A stretch of 64,000 nucleotides of DNA from Bacteroidota bacterium (GCA_026391975.1 JAPLDB010000110.1:3535-67534); one strand, 5' to 3'. Counted from the first letter of the stretch, positions 39,457 to 49,472 are shown. Notes: generated from the letters alone by a model not told the origin. Numbers and translations are program-made.

Positions 39457-39585
39457 AATTCCCATCAAATAACAAGAGAAAAATCAAATATTTGAATTGC
39501 ATTTAGAAATCAATTAATCACAAGTTGATATATAGCATATTCGGATGAATTTGGATATTTGAAAGGATGATAAATAAATTAATTT

Positions 39586-40608
39586 GTGAAGAACATTCTC
39601 GTCACAGGCGGCACCGGATACATCGGCTCTCACACAACAGTTGAGTTGCTGAACAAAGGCTATGATGTATTCATCATTGACAACCTGAGCAATTCACGCA
39701 AGGAGGTATTGAATTCCATTGAAAAAATCACGGGCAGGATGCCGCATTTCCTGCAACTGGATCTTTGTGACAGGGAAAAAGTCATGGCATTCTTTGCAAA
39801 TAACAGGATTGACGCCACCATCCATTTTGCAGCTTATAAGGCCGTCGGCGAATCCGTAGAACATCCTTTGACCTATTACAGAAACAACCTCGTTTCGCTT
39901 GTAAATCTGCTGGAAGCATACGAAAAATACAACTTAGACAATTTCCTGTTTTCTTCAAGCTGCTCTGTGTATGGGGATCAGTCGGTTCTTCCAATTGATG
40001 AATCGGCGAAGCTTTCAAAGCCGGAATCCCCTTACGGAAACACCAAACAGATCGGAGAGGAAATTTTGTCTGATACAATCCGTGTAAATAAATTTTCAGG
40101 CATTGCGTTACGGTACTTCAACCCCGGCGGCGCGCATGAAAGTGCTTTGATAGGAGAATATCCGCTAAGTCCTCCGAATAACCTTGTGCCTGTAATCACC
40201 CAGACTGCCATTGGCAAACGGGAATCCATGACTGTCTTCGGAAATGACTATGATACACCTGACGGAACCTGCATCCGCGATTACATTCACGTAGTGGATA
40301 TTGCAAAGGCACACATCGCTGCCGTAGAACGCCTGCTGAATAAAAAGAACAAGAATAAGTTCGAGATCTTCAACCTGGGAACAGGAAAAGGGAATACAGT
40401 TCTGCAGGCAATACAGGCATTTGAATCTGTGAGTGGTGTTAAGCTAAACTATAAAATTGGCGAAAGAAGAGCCGGTGATGTGGTGAAGATCTGGGCCGAT
40501 ACAAAACTGGCCAACACGGAACTTGGCTGGAAAGCCGAACTTTCATTGGATGAAATTATGCGCAGCGCATGGAAATGGGAAAATCAATTAATGAATGACC
40601 CCTCTTAG
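39586..40608 (+). CDS. galE: UDP-glucose 4-epimerase
   Basis: ILVTGGTGYIGSHTTVEL.., YGNTKQ catalytic region, NLGTGKGNTVLQ. Confidence 0.85.
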   Translation: MKNILVTGGTGYIGSHTTVELLNKGYDVFIIDNLSNSRKEVLNSIEKITGRMPHFLQLDLCDREKVMAFFANNRIDATIHFAAYKAVGESVEHPLTYYRNNLVSLVNLLEAYEKYNLDNFLFSSSCSVYGDQSVLPIDESAKLSKPESPYGNTKQIGEEILSDTIRVNKFSGIALRYFNPGGAHESALIGEYPLSPPNNLVPVITQTAIGKRESMTVFGNDYDTPDGTCIRDYIHVVDIAKAHIAAVERLLNKKNKNKFEIFNLGTGKGNTVLQAIQAFESVSGVKLNYKIGERRAGDVVKIWADTKLANTELGWKAELSLDEIMRSAWKWENQLMNDPS

Positions 40609-40784
40609 CCCAAGGCTCGACGAGGTATCTTGCCACGAATTCCTCGAATTATCACAAATCGAAACTTGTAAGGCAATAATGTTTCGTGTTAATTAGTGAA
40701 ATTCGTGGCTAATATTTTAATTCATCCCTGCCTTGCCTGAGGCGCGATGAGGAATTCTTTAGATTAAAAATGCTGCCCTAAAAT

Positions 40785-41873
40785 ATGGAAATGAAAAAGA
40801 AAATACTAATTACCGGTGGAGCAGGATTTATCGGCTCGCATGTCGTCAGGTTATTTGTGACAAAATATCCTGATTACAATATCGTCAACCTCGACGCCCT
40901 TACCTATGCAGGAAACCTTGCCAACCTTAGTGACATAGAAGACAAACCGAATTACAGTTTTGTAAAAGGAAATATCGTTGACGGTGACTTCATTCACAAC
41001 CTTTTTACTGAACATAAATTTGATGCAGTGATTCACCTTGCTGCTGAATCACACGTGGACCGCAGCATCTCCAATCCGATTGAATTCGTGATGACAAATG
41101 TGATCGGAACTGTGAATTTATTGAACGCAGCAAAACAACTCTGGAAAACCTCAAACAACCAACCTCATCCCGATAGTCATCGGGATTCAAACCTGTTTTA
41201 CCACGTCTCCACAGATGAGGTATATGGCTCACTCGGAAATGAAGGTCTGTTTACTGAGAAAACCGCTTACGATCCGCACAGCCCCTACTCTGCTTCCAAA
41301 GCAAGCAGCGATCATTTTGTAAGGGCTTACAATGATACCTATGGATTGCCAGCCATCATTTCTAACTGCTCAAACAACTACGGCTCCAACCATTTCCCCG
41401 AAAAACTGATACCGCTGGCCATTCACAACATCCTGCATTCTAAACCGGTTCCTGTTTACGGCAAAGGCGAGAACATACGCGACTGGCTCTTTGTGGAAGA
41501 CCATGCCCGTGCCATTGATACCATTTTCCACAAAGGAAAGCCGGGCGATACTTACAACATCGGCGGACACAACGAATGGAAAAACATCGACCTGATCATG
41601 TTACTCTGTAAGATCATGGATAAAAAGCTGCAACGGGAAGACGGAACTTCCGTAAAACTCATCACCTTTGTAAAAGACAGGGCCGGGCATGACCTCCGTT
41701 ATGCCATTGATTCTTCAAAATTGCAAAATGAACTTGGCTGGACTCCTTCCCTTCAGTTTGAAGAAGGACTGGAAAAAACCGTTGACTGGTACCTTGCAAA
41801 TCAGGAATGGCTGAAGCAGGTAACGTCAGGAGACTATTTGCACTACTATGAAAAACAATACATCAGCAGGTAA
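40785..41873 (+). CDS. rfbB: dTDP-glucose 4,6-dehydratase
   Basis: ILITGGAGFIGSHVVR.., YSASKASSDHFVRAY, NCSNNYGSNHFPEKLIPL. Confidence 0.85.
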   Translation: MEMKKKILITGGAGFIGSHVVRLFVTKYPDYNIVNLDALTYAGNLANLSDIEDKPNYSFVKGNIVDGDFIHNLFTEHKFDAVIHLAAESHVDRSISNPIEFVMTNVIGTVNLLNAAKQLWKTSNNQPHPDSHRDSNLFYHVSTDEVYGSLGNEGLFTEKTAYDPHSPYSASKASSDHFVRAYNDTYGLPAIISNCSNNYGSNHFPEKLIPLAIHNILHSKPVPVYGKGENIRDWLFVEDHARAIDTIFHKGKPGDTYNIGGHNEWKNIDLIMLLCKIMDKKLQREDGTSVKLITFVKDRAGHDLRYAIDSSKLQNELGWTPSLQFEEGLEKTVDWYLANQEWLKQVTSGDYLHYYEKQYISR

Positions 41874-41909
41874 TTTCAACTGAAAAATACCGGCGAGGAA
41901 GATTATACT

Positions 41910-42899
41910 ATGTACGACATACCTTTTCATAAAACAGACATTTCAAAACTTTCATTCCTGATTACGGGAGGGTGCGGCTTCATTGGAAGCAACATCGTTG
42001 AATACCTGTTGAAATACAATGCAGGAAAAGTGGTTGTACTCGATAACGTTTCCACCGGTTTTAAAAAAAATATTGAGCCGTTCTTGTCAAATTCAAATTT
42101 CAGTTTTATCGAGGGAGACATCACCGACTTTCAAACGTGCAAAAAAGCCTGTGAAGGAATTGACTATGTAACCCACCAGGCTGCACTGGGCTCTGTTCCG
42201 CGGTCTGTGAAAGACCCGATTGCCACCCATGCTGTAAATGCCACCGGCTTTCTCAACATGCTGGTTGCGGCAAAAGATGCAATGGTGAAACGGGTGGTAT
42301 ATGCAAGTTCATCTTCTGTTTATGGTGATCATCCCGTGCTTCCCAAGAAAGAAGATGAAACAGGAAACCCGCTGTCTCCTTATGCAGTCACAAAAAAGAC
42401 GAATGAGTTGTATGCAAATGTTTTTGCATCAACATATCAGATGGAGATCATAGGACTACGATACTTCAATGTTTTCGGACCGAATCAGAGTCCGGAAGGC
42501 GCTTATGCTGCAGTGATACCCCTATTTATGCAAGCCGTGATCAACAAGACAGCTCCATTCATAGATGGTGACGGAGAGCAAACCCGGGATTTCACTTTTG
42601 TGGAAAACGCAGTACAGGCCAACATCAAATCCTTTTTTGCTGAGAGGAAAGATGCAGTGAACCAGATCTACAATGTTGCGGTGGGTGAAAAAATTTCCGT
42701 TAATTCCTTATACAGCATGATAGCCGAACTCGGTGGATCAAGTGTAAAACCCGTTCATCGCGAAACGCGTGCGGGAGATATTCGAAATTCTCTTGCTGAT
42801 ATTTCAAAGATCCACGACCTGGTCGGTTATGAACCCGGCATTAAAGTAAATGCAGGATTAAAAATTGCCTTCGACTGGTACAGGAAAAATTTTGGCTAG
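41910..42899 (+). CDS. NAD-dependent nucleotide-sugar 4-epimerase of the WbpP/TviC type (UDP-GlcNAc/GlcNAcA 4-epimerase)
   Basis: LITGGCGFIGSNIVEYLL, YASSSSVYGD, YAVTKK. Confidence 0.75.
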   Translation: MYDIPFHKTDISKLSFLITGGCGFIGSNIVEYLLKYNAGKVVVLDNVSTGFKKNIEPFLSNSNFSFIEGDITDFQTCKKACEGIDYVTHQAALGSVPRSVKDPIATHAVNATGFLNMLVAAKDAMVKRVVYASSSSVYGDHPVLPKKEDETGNPLSPYAVTKKTNELYANVFASTYQMEIIGLRYFNVFGPNQSPEGAYAAVIPLFMQAVINKTAPFIDGDGEQTRDFTFVENAVQANIKSFFAERKDAVNQIYNVAVGEKISVNSLYSMIAELGGSSVKPVHRETRAGDIRNSLADISKIHDLVGYEPGIKVNAGLKIAFDWYRKNFG

Positions 42900-42921
42900 T
42901 CCTTCTTGGTAAAAACCTAAC

Positions 42922-43674
42922 ATGGCTTTTCTTAAAAATATTTTTCGCAGAAAGGAAGAGATCAAATATCCTCCTGTCACCGATTATTCTTCATTTATTA
43001 CCGACATCCATTCACACCTTATTCCGGGAATTGATGATGGCAGTAAAACAATGGAAGAATCTATTGACCTGATCAAAAGATACAAAGCACTTGGCTTCAG
43101 GAAACTGGTCACCACGCCCCATATCATGAGCGATGCATTCAGAAATACGCCTGATATTATCCTTGGTGGACTGGACAAGCTCAGGGAAGCTGTCAGACAG
43201 GAAGGTTTGGATATTGAAATCGATGCTGCTGCAGAATATTATTTTGACGAAGACTTCGTAAAACTGATAAAACAGAAAAACCTGCTCACCATCGGTGGAA
43301 AATACGTGCTTTTTGAAGTTTCGTATATGAATGCACCTGACAATATACTCCAGGTAATTTTTGACATTCAGATAGCCGGCTATACGCCCATTCTTGCACA
43401 TCCCGAACGCTATCCTTTTTGGTACAACAAGTTCGAAGAATACCATAAGCTGAAAGAATCCGGCTCGTTGCTTCAACTGAATACCAATTCACTTAATGGA
43501 TATTACGGTCCGGAAGCAAAAAAAATTGCTGAAAAAATGGTCGATGCAAACATGATCGATTTTATCGGCAGCGACATGCATGGGGTTCGTCACATGGCAG
43601 CACTGGAACGTACCGCCAATGAAAAATACCTCTGGAAACTTGCTGCCAGCGGAATGAAAAACGCCACGCTCTGA
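42922..43674 (+). CDS. PHP-family protein-tyrosine phosphatase CpsB/YwqE type (capsular polysaccharide biosynthesis regulator)
   Basis: ITDIHSHLIPGIDDGSKTMEESI.. and HPERYPF motifs. Confidence 0.75.
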   Translation: MAFLKNIFRRKEEIKYPPVTDYSSFITDIHSHLIPGIDDGSKTMEESIDLIKRYKALGFRKLVTTPHIMSDAFRNTPDIILGGLDKLREAVRQEGLDIEIDAAAEYYFDEDFVKLIKQKNLLTIGGKYVLFEVSYMNAPDNILQVIFDIQIAGYTPILAHPERYPFWYNKFEEYHKLKESGSLLQLNTNSLNGYYGPEAKKIAEKMVDANMIDFIGSDMHGVRHMAALERTANEKYLWKLAASGMKNATL

Positions 43675-43677
43675 TTT

Positions 43678-44913
43678 TTAGACAAGGGTCCAGTTGAATT
43701 CCTTTTTCAAAGAAACATGCGACCTCTTCGCCAGCGAAAAAAAGAGCATACTTACAACAGTGATGGCCAAACCGGGAATCAGAATTAGGTATTCACTCCC
43801 CTGCAAAAAAATGTATCCATAATTTTCCCTGATCATGCCGCCCCAGGATGGCAAATTGTTCCTGAAACCAATACCAAGAAAATTCAAGCTGCTCTCAACT
43901 AGAATGGCGGCATAAAAAATCGCAATGACGGAAGCAAACACCGGACTGAAAAGATCAGTCAGATAGTAGTTTTTAAGAATCTGCATTCTTGTTATGCCAA
44001 GCGCCGATGCCGACTCCATGAATTTCTTTTCCCTCTTCAAGAAAATTCCGGAAATAATAACCTGCGCTATCTGAAAGCTAAGTATCAATCCTGAAACGAA
44101 ACAAACATGCCAAAATCCGTTGCCAATTATAAACATCACGGCAATTATCAGGAGCATGGCCGGAGTTGAAGATAGCGACCTGATCAGCCACAATCCCAAA
44201 AGCCTCATCTTTCCCTTCAGAAGTCCTACAAGAATCCCGAGTATAAACCCTGACACAAGCGATATGAATGTCACTATAAATGCTGCCCATAAGGTACCTC
44301 TTGTGGCTGAAAGAATCTGGCTCATCACATCTCGTCCCATATGGTCTGTTCCAAGAATAAATTTTTGAATAACAATATTTTGACCATCAATAATACCCTG
44401 TAAAACACTGATCGATTCCTCAGCAGTAGAGCCATCATTTTTTTCAAAAGAGAGTGCTCCATTGTTTTCAATGATCTTCTTGCTCTGATTCAGCGGATAA
44501 ACAACATCAGCAATATTAAACCTGCTTTCGTAGGATGAATCTCCGGACGCAGAGAATTCCTTAACGACAATATCCGTCCCATCAAAATGAGAGCTGATGA
44601 TTGGAATGTAGTTGTCATTGGATGGCCTGCCGAATTTCAATGCTGAAAAGAAGTCCTGTACCGGTTGCGGCTTATTCTCTGCCATTCTCAACATCTTAAC
44701 TGAAAAGCCCGGAGGCTGGTTGCCAATTGGCAGACAGGTTGTTTCGGAGAAATGCGCGCTATCAGGAAATATCAGGAAAAGAAGAAATGAAAACAATAAT
44801 AGAAAGGCAATAATTCCTGCATACACTTTTGTGAATTTATCCTTCCATAGCAAAGCAAATGCCTTCTTAATGGCACCGAAATATTTAAATAAAATTGCTA
44901 AATATTTTCTCAC
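43678..44913 (-). CDS. OppC/DppC-like ABC permease domain with a long N-terminal extracytoplasmic region. No ATPase or binding-protein partner is adjacent.
   Basis: GTDHMGRDVMSQILSATRGTLWAAF.. is the OppC-type N-terminal motif, within a BPD_transp_1 TM core. About 170 aa lie outside the membrane after the first TM helix. Confidence 0.55.
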   Translation of the reverse strand: MRKYLAILFKYFGAIKKAFALLWKDKFTKVYAGIIAFLLLFSFLLFLIFPDSAHFSETTCLPIGNQPPGFSVKMLRMAENKPQPVQDFFSALKFGRPSNDNYIPIISSHFDGTDIVVKEFSASGDSSYESRFNIADVVYPLNQSKKIIENNGALSFEKNDGSTAEESISVLQGIIDGQNIVIQKFILGTDHMGRDVMSQILSATRGTLWAAFIVTFISLVSGFILGILVGLLKGKMRLLGLWLIRSLSSTPAMLLIIAVMFIIGNGFWHVCFVSGLILSFQIAQVIISGIFLKREKKFMESASALGITRMQILKNYYLTDLFSPVFASVIAIFYAAILVESSLNFLGIGFRNNLPSWGGMIRENYGYIFLQGSEYLILIPGLAITVVSMLFFSLAKRSHVSLKKEFNWTLV

Positions 44914-46082
44914 TTAGCTTTTCTGCCCTTCCATTGGTAATCTCCCGTCATCGATGCCAGGCCGACTATTGAAATATAAACAGGATATATTATTTGTGCC
45001 GGCAAAAATAAAAATAAGAGCGAGGTTTTCTTAAAGAAAGAAGATACCCCAGACAATAAAATAAATTCAGGTATCATCTTAATGATAAGCGGAATCAGAA
45101 AAAATAAAATATTTCCGGTATAGCACATCAAAATTCCCGACAATAACAATCCTGCATGAAGGAGGTATGCAATTACAGCAATGAAAATGGTAAAAGCACT
45201 CATTTGAACGGGAATTTTGGAAGCCCACCTTTTTCTCTGATTCAGGAGCGCCTGAAGCGAGTGCTGTGCTCTTGTTGTTACCATTGCTTCAGTAGATTTC
45301 ACGAAATGAATTGCTTCCTTTCCACGTGAAGCGGATGCTCCTTCTTTATTCATTCCTGCTATTTTTTGCATGAGCTGTGTATCATCACCTGAAGAAATAT
45401 TTTTTGCGGAACTGTATCCTCCAGCCTCAATAAATGCTGCTTTGGTAAAAGCGAGGTTGGCACCATTGCAAAGAAAAGGCTTTTTATTTTTAATGGCTGC
45501 AGCACCAATGGCAATCAACCCAAGAAATTCAAGGGATTGTATTTTCTCAAACCAGCTTTTTTCGTTACTAAAAATAACCGGAGCACTCATCATTTCCGGT
45601 TTGAATTGCCGGTAGTATTGCGTCAATGTGGCGAGCCATTCAGGGCCCCGGCGACAGTCTGCATCAGTAGTAATAATAAGTTCGCCTGATGAAATGCTTA
45701 TTGCTTCAGTGATCGCATGTTTCTTAAATAAATTCGTTTTCTCCCTTTCATGCATTTTCAATAATCGAATGCGGAGGGATGGATTCTCCCGGATAAATCT
45801 TTCAACAATGTCGGCAGAATAGTCCTCAGAATGGTCGTCAGCAACGATCAGTTCAAATAAATCCCGGGGATAATCCTGATGTAAAAAATCAGAAAGGCAT
45901 GCGGAAATATTTTCAGCCTCATTTCTGGCCGGAATAATTACCGCCACAAAAATCTTTGGTAGATCGTGTGAAGGTGTTGCCCGGAATCTTGCTGACCTCA
46001 ACCATCCAAAGATGCACCAGGATATGAAAGCAGCATAAGAAATGGACAGAAATAATGTAAAAAGAAAAAGTATGTTTTCCAT
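44910..46082 (-). CDS. Family-2 glycosyltransferase (processive or membrane GT2 type)
   Basis: DxD context (VADDHSEDYS), GT-A fold and C-terminal TM helices. The stop overlaps the downstream gene start by 4 bp. Confidence 0.7.
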   Translation of the reverse strand: MENILFLFTLFLSISYAAFISWCIFGWLRSARFRATPSHDLPKIFVAVIIPARNEAENISACLSDFLHQDYPRDLFELIVADDHSEDYSADIVERFIRENPSLRIRLLKMHEREKTNLFKKHAITEAISISSGELIITTDADCRRGPEWLATLTQYYRQFKPEMMSAPVIFSNEKSWFEKIQSLEFLGLIAIGAAAIKNKKPFLCNGANLAFTKAAFIEAGGYSSAKNISSGDDTQLMQKIAGMNKEGASASRGKEAIHFVKSTEAMVTTRAQHSLQALLNQRKRWASKIPVQMSAFTIFIAVIAYLLHAGLLLSGILMCYTGNILFFLIPLIIKMIPEFILLSGVSSFFKKTSLLFLFLPAQIIYPVYISIVGLASMTGDYQWKGRKAK

Positions 46083-46084
46083 TT

Positions 46085-47122
46085 TTATGGCTTATCACTT
46101 CGGAAACGGAACTGAAAAATAAATACGATCCCCAAAAGCGCCGGCGTAACAAGGTTGATAAGCCACAATGAAACTGATGCATTCAGGATTGCCAGCGAAT
46201 CCGGCGTTACCCTTGAAAGGAAATACGTTGCAATGGCGCCGCGAACACCAATTTCAGTGAGTGCAAAAGTCGGAACAAGTGTCATTACGAAAAATATCAT
46301 GTTGATCAGCAATATGAGGGTCTTGGCCGGCGCTTCAATCCCGAAAATTTTCAACAGAAGAAAAAACTGTAAGCTGAATACCATATAACGCATAAATGCC
46401 AGACCCAGCAATACCATCAACTCCGATTTTTTATATTCAGATAGCACCTCAAGATATTTACTTAGCTTCTTAAGTTTTTCTATTTTTAGTATTGACCTGT
46501 CGAGCAATGGAAGTTCCAGAAACAAAAACAGAATGGCCGCTGAAAACACAATCATCAGAATGCCTGTTACCCAGAGAATATATGCATGTAGTCCGCTAAA
46601 CTTTATCAAAAATGCCACAAGGCAGAGGGAGCCAATAATGATGGTAACAATTAGCTGACTCAGGTTTTCGAGGATGGTAACCAGCGTGCCTTTGATCCTG
46701 TTCGCTGAACGAAGGTGAAAAATGCGTCCGGCATACTCCCCGATCCTGTTGGGTGTAAAAAAACTGACCGTCAGTCCTGAGAATACGGCCGCCAGCGCCC
46801 GCAGAAATGGTATCTCTTCCAGTCTTCGCATCATCATCTTCCACTTCAACGCTTCAAGAGACCAGTTCACAAGCATAAGCGAAACCACCAAAAGTATCAT
46901 TGAGCGGCTCCCTTGATTTAGAAAAAGTTCCCTGTACACGGACAGAATTTCAGAAAAATTTTCCTTGCTGATCACCTGCCTGTAGATAAATATAAATGCA
47001 GCAGCAGCTATCAATAACTTGATGCTGCCAAACCAGAAACGGTTGCTCTTATTTGCTTTACTTTGCTCCACAGGGAAGAATGAACAAGGATAATACAAAG
47101 TTTTTCTCGATCTGTATCGCAA
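46085..47122 (-). CDS. Flippase-like/LPG_synthase_TM (UPF0104) family polytopic membrane protein
   Basis: 345 aa, about 8 TM segments. A commonly conserved partner of GT2 enzymes. Confidence 0.5.
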   Translation of the reverse strand: MRYRSRKTLYYPCSFFPVEQSKANKSNRFWFGSIKLLIAAAAFIFIYRQVISKENFSEILSVYRELFLNQGSRSMILLVVSLMLVNWSLEALKWKMMMRRLEEIPFLRALAAVFSGLTVSFFTPNRIGEYAGRIFHLRSANRIKGTLVTILENLSQLIVTIIIGSLCLVAFLIKFSGLHAYILWVTGILMIVFSAAILFLFLELPLLDRSILKIEKLKKLSKYLEVLSEYKKSELMVLLGLAFMRYMVFSLQFFLLLKIFGIEAPAKTLILLINMIFFVMTLVPTFALTEIGVRGAIATYFLSRVTPDSLAILNASVSLWLINLVTPALLGIVFIFQFRFRSDKP

Positions 47123-47158
47123 GACACGATTTTAAACACATAATCAATTCATAAAAAA

Positions 47159-47797
47159 GTGAAAACCCGTGCGGACAAAATAATTCTTGGAATTGATCCC
47201 GGCACAACCATTATGGGCTATGGCCTGATTTCAGTGGCGGGAAGCAAAATGGACGCGGTAGACCTCGGCGTTTTACAGCTCGGCAAGCTGAATGACCATG
47301 CCCTGAAACTGAAAACGATTTTCGAATTCACCCTTTCGCTTATCGATAAATACCATCCCGATGACCTCGCCATCGAAGCACCTTTCTTTGGGAAGAATGT
47401 ACAGAGTATGTTGAAATTAGGAAGGGCTCAGGGGGTTGCAATGGCCGCCGGACTGTTCCGCTCCATTCCGATCTTTGAATATTCGCCTAAAAAGATCAAA
47501 CAATCGATCACAGGAAATGGCAATGCCTCCAAAGAGCAGGTGGCAGCCATGCTTCAAACGCTTCTGACACTAAAGGAACTCCCCCAAAAAATGGACGCTA
47601 CAGATGGTCTTGCAGCGGCAGTTTGTCATTTTTTTCAGCAGAATACATCAGGTGGAAGTAAAAAGAAATTGTCAGGAGGATGGAAATCTTTTCTCTCAGA
47701 AAATCCTGAACGTCAGCTTACTTTGAAGGGCTTGAAAATACTGCAAAGTGATGTATCGTCAAGGTGTCCCTGTTGTATTTTAGCAAAGTTCCATTAG
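47159..47797 (+). CDS. ruvC: Crossover junction endodeoxyribonuclease RuvC. The last ~28 codons are read into an inserted repeat element, giving a non-canonical C-terminus.
   Basis: [16 protein letters not shown].. RNase-H-fold catalytic start, 212 aa. Canonical RuvC C-terminal codons (..GGWKSFLTENPERLLKR*) are found displaced at 48444-48500. Confidence 0.8.
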   Translation: MKTRADKIILGIDPGTTIMGYGLISVAGSKMDAVDLGVLQLGKLNDHALKLKTIFEFTLSLIDKYHPDDLAIEAPFFGKNVQSMLKLGRAQGVAMAAGLFRSIPIFEYSPKKIKQSITGNGNASKEQVAAMLQTLLTLKELPQKMDATDGLAAAVCHFFQQNTSGGSKKKLSGGWKSFLSENPERQLTLKGLKILQSDVSSRCPCCILAKFH

Positions 47798-48443
47798 TGT
47801 CCCAAGCTTAAAAACACGAGCTCCAGAGGAGCGACCTGTTTGTAGAATGTGGAGATCTTTCAGTTTTTTCAGCTCCATAGGAGCGGCCTGTAATTTAACA
47901 TCTCGGATTTGAAAAATAATCAACGGCTCATGTTGATTATTTTAAGGACAAATAAATACCAGCAATTTCACTCTCATATTTGGTGCGCGATATAAAGACC
48001 GGGTCTTCCAAATTTATCAATGACATTCATTGGTTAAAAGGGAAATTTAACTTTCAGAATGGATTTGGAGTATTTTCTTATTCAAGAAACCAGATTGATT
48101 CTGTTGTAAGATAAATACTGAATCAGGAAGAACATCATAAAAATCAAATATTCCGGGAGGAATATCATAGTCTCCTTGTGAAATTTGGAATTGAATACGA
48201 TGAAAAATATCTCTTTACCTGTATTGAATAAACAGGCCGCTCCTACGGAGCTCAAACTAATCGAATGGATATTTTCTACAAACAGGCCGCTCCCACGGAG
48301 CTTGAAAAAATTCAATGGGTGTTTTCTAAAATATCGCTTACGACCTCAAATGATTAATAATTGAGCCGGAATTTTTAATTGGGAAATTTTTTAATTGGTT
48401 TGACTATGATACCATATGACCAGCAGGTTTCCCATTGTCGAAA
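47713..48443. mobile_element. About 0.73-kb non-coding palindromic (MITE-like) insertion, flanked by an imperfect 40-bp direct duplication of ruvC 3' sequence
   Basis: Each arm has two tandem ~50-bp units. The left units (47818-47845, 47870-47892) are inverse-complementary to the right units (48231-48253, 48276-48303). There is an internal 11-bp perfect hairpin (aaataatcaac..gttgattattt) at 47916-47944. The flank duplicates are 47674-47713 and 48445-48484 (3 mismatches in 40). Confidence 0.45.
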
Positions 48444-48489
48444 ACAGGAGGATGGAAATCTTTTCTGACAGAAAATCCGGAACGGCTTC

Positions 48490-48888
48490 TTAAAAGGTAA
48501 TATTTTTACGGATAGCCTCAGCTGTAGCTTCCATGTCTTCTTTGGAAAAGGAAAGTTTGGGCATTGCAAAGTTCATGTCACTGACCTTGTTCATAGGAAT
48601 GAGGTGAATATGTGCATGTGGTACTTCAAGCCCGATAACTGCTACGCCTATTCTTTTGCATGGCACTCCTGCTTTTACTGCGATGGAAATCTTTTTTGCA
48701 AACTGCCAGAGATCTGCATGCAGTTCATCTTCAATATCAAAAATATAATCCTTTTCAAGTTTAGGAACTACCAGCGTATGTCCTTTGGCAAGCGGACTGA
48801 CATCGAGAAAAGCAAAGCAGGTTGCGCTCTCTGCGATTTTATAGCAGGGAATTTCTCCTGAAATTATTTTTGAGAAGATCGTTGACAT
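48490..48888 (-). CDS. HIT-family (histidine triad) nucleotide hydrolase
   Basis: HxHxHxx motif HAHIHLIP and ..LDVSPLAKGHTLVVPK.. Confidence 0.8.
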   Translation of the reverse strand: MSTIFSKIISGEIPCYKIAESATCFAFLDVSPLAKGHTLVVPKLEKDYIFDIEDELHADLWQFAKKISIAVKAGVPCKRIGVAVIGLEVPHAHIHLIPMNKVSDMNFAMPKLSFSKEDMEATAEAIRKNITF

Positions 48889-48923
48889 TGTCGGCTAAAA
48901 ATACAAAAGGAACTATTATCCTT

Positions 48924-49394
48924 TTATCTGCTGATAGAAACAATTTCAAATTTCATTTTTCCGGACGGGACTTCAATCACCGCTACTTCACCGACTTTTT
49001 TTCCAAGCAATCCTTTGCCTATTGGTGAGCTAACAGAAATTTTTCCGGATTTAAGGTCAGCCTCGTTTTCGGCAACAAGGGTATAGGTCATCGACTGACC
49101 ATTGCCTTTGTTCTTGATCTTCACTTTTGAAAGGACCATCGCTTTGGAATTATCCATCTTGCTTTCATCCACGAGGCGGGCATTTGCAATAACCGTCTCT
49201 AATTTGGAAATACGGAGCTCAAGCATGCCCTGGGCATCTTTAGCCGCGTCGTATTCCGCATTCTCTGATAAGTCGCCTTTATCGCGGGCCTCGGCAATTT
49301 GTGCGGATATGCGTGGGCGCTCTACGTTCCTTAATTGAGCTAATTCTTCCTGAAGCCTCTTCAGGCCATCTTCAGTGTAATAGGAAACTGACAT
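48924..49394 (-). CDS. greA: Transcription elongation factor GreA
   Basis: N-terminal coiled coil with the acidic tip DLSENAEYDAAKDAQ, and a C-terminal FKBP-like domain. Confidence 0.9.
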   Translation of the reverse strand: MSVSYYTEDGLKRLQEELAQLRNVERPRISAQIAEARDKGDLSENAEYDAAKDAQGMLELRISKLETVIANARLVDESKMDNSKAMVLSKVKIKNKGNGQSMTYTLVAENEADLKSGKISVSSPIGKGLLGKKVGEVAVIEVPSGKMKFEIVSISR

Positions 49395-49472
49395 AGTATA
49401 ATAGGTATTAAAAGCAAAACAATCCCGATTGACATCGGGATTGTTTTGCTGCGCAAAGATAAAGAGGATTTT

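Noticed and set aside
48082-48315. 77-aa minus-strand ORF inside the palindromic element (candidate transposase or small protein)
   Set aside because: Low-complexity, Phe/Ile-rich translation of AT-rich sequence that overlaps the right inverted-repeat arm. It is far too short for a transposase, so the element is treated as non-autonomous.
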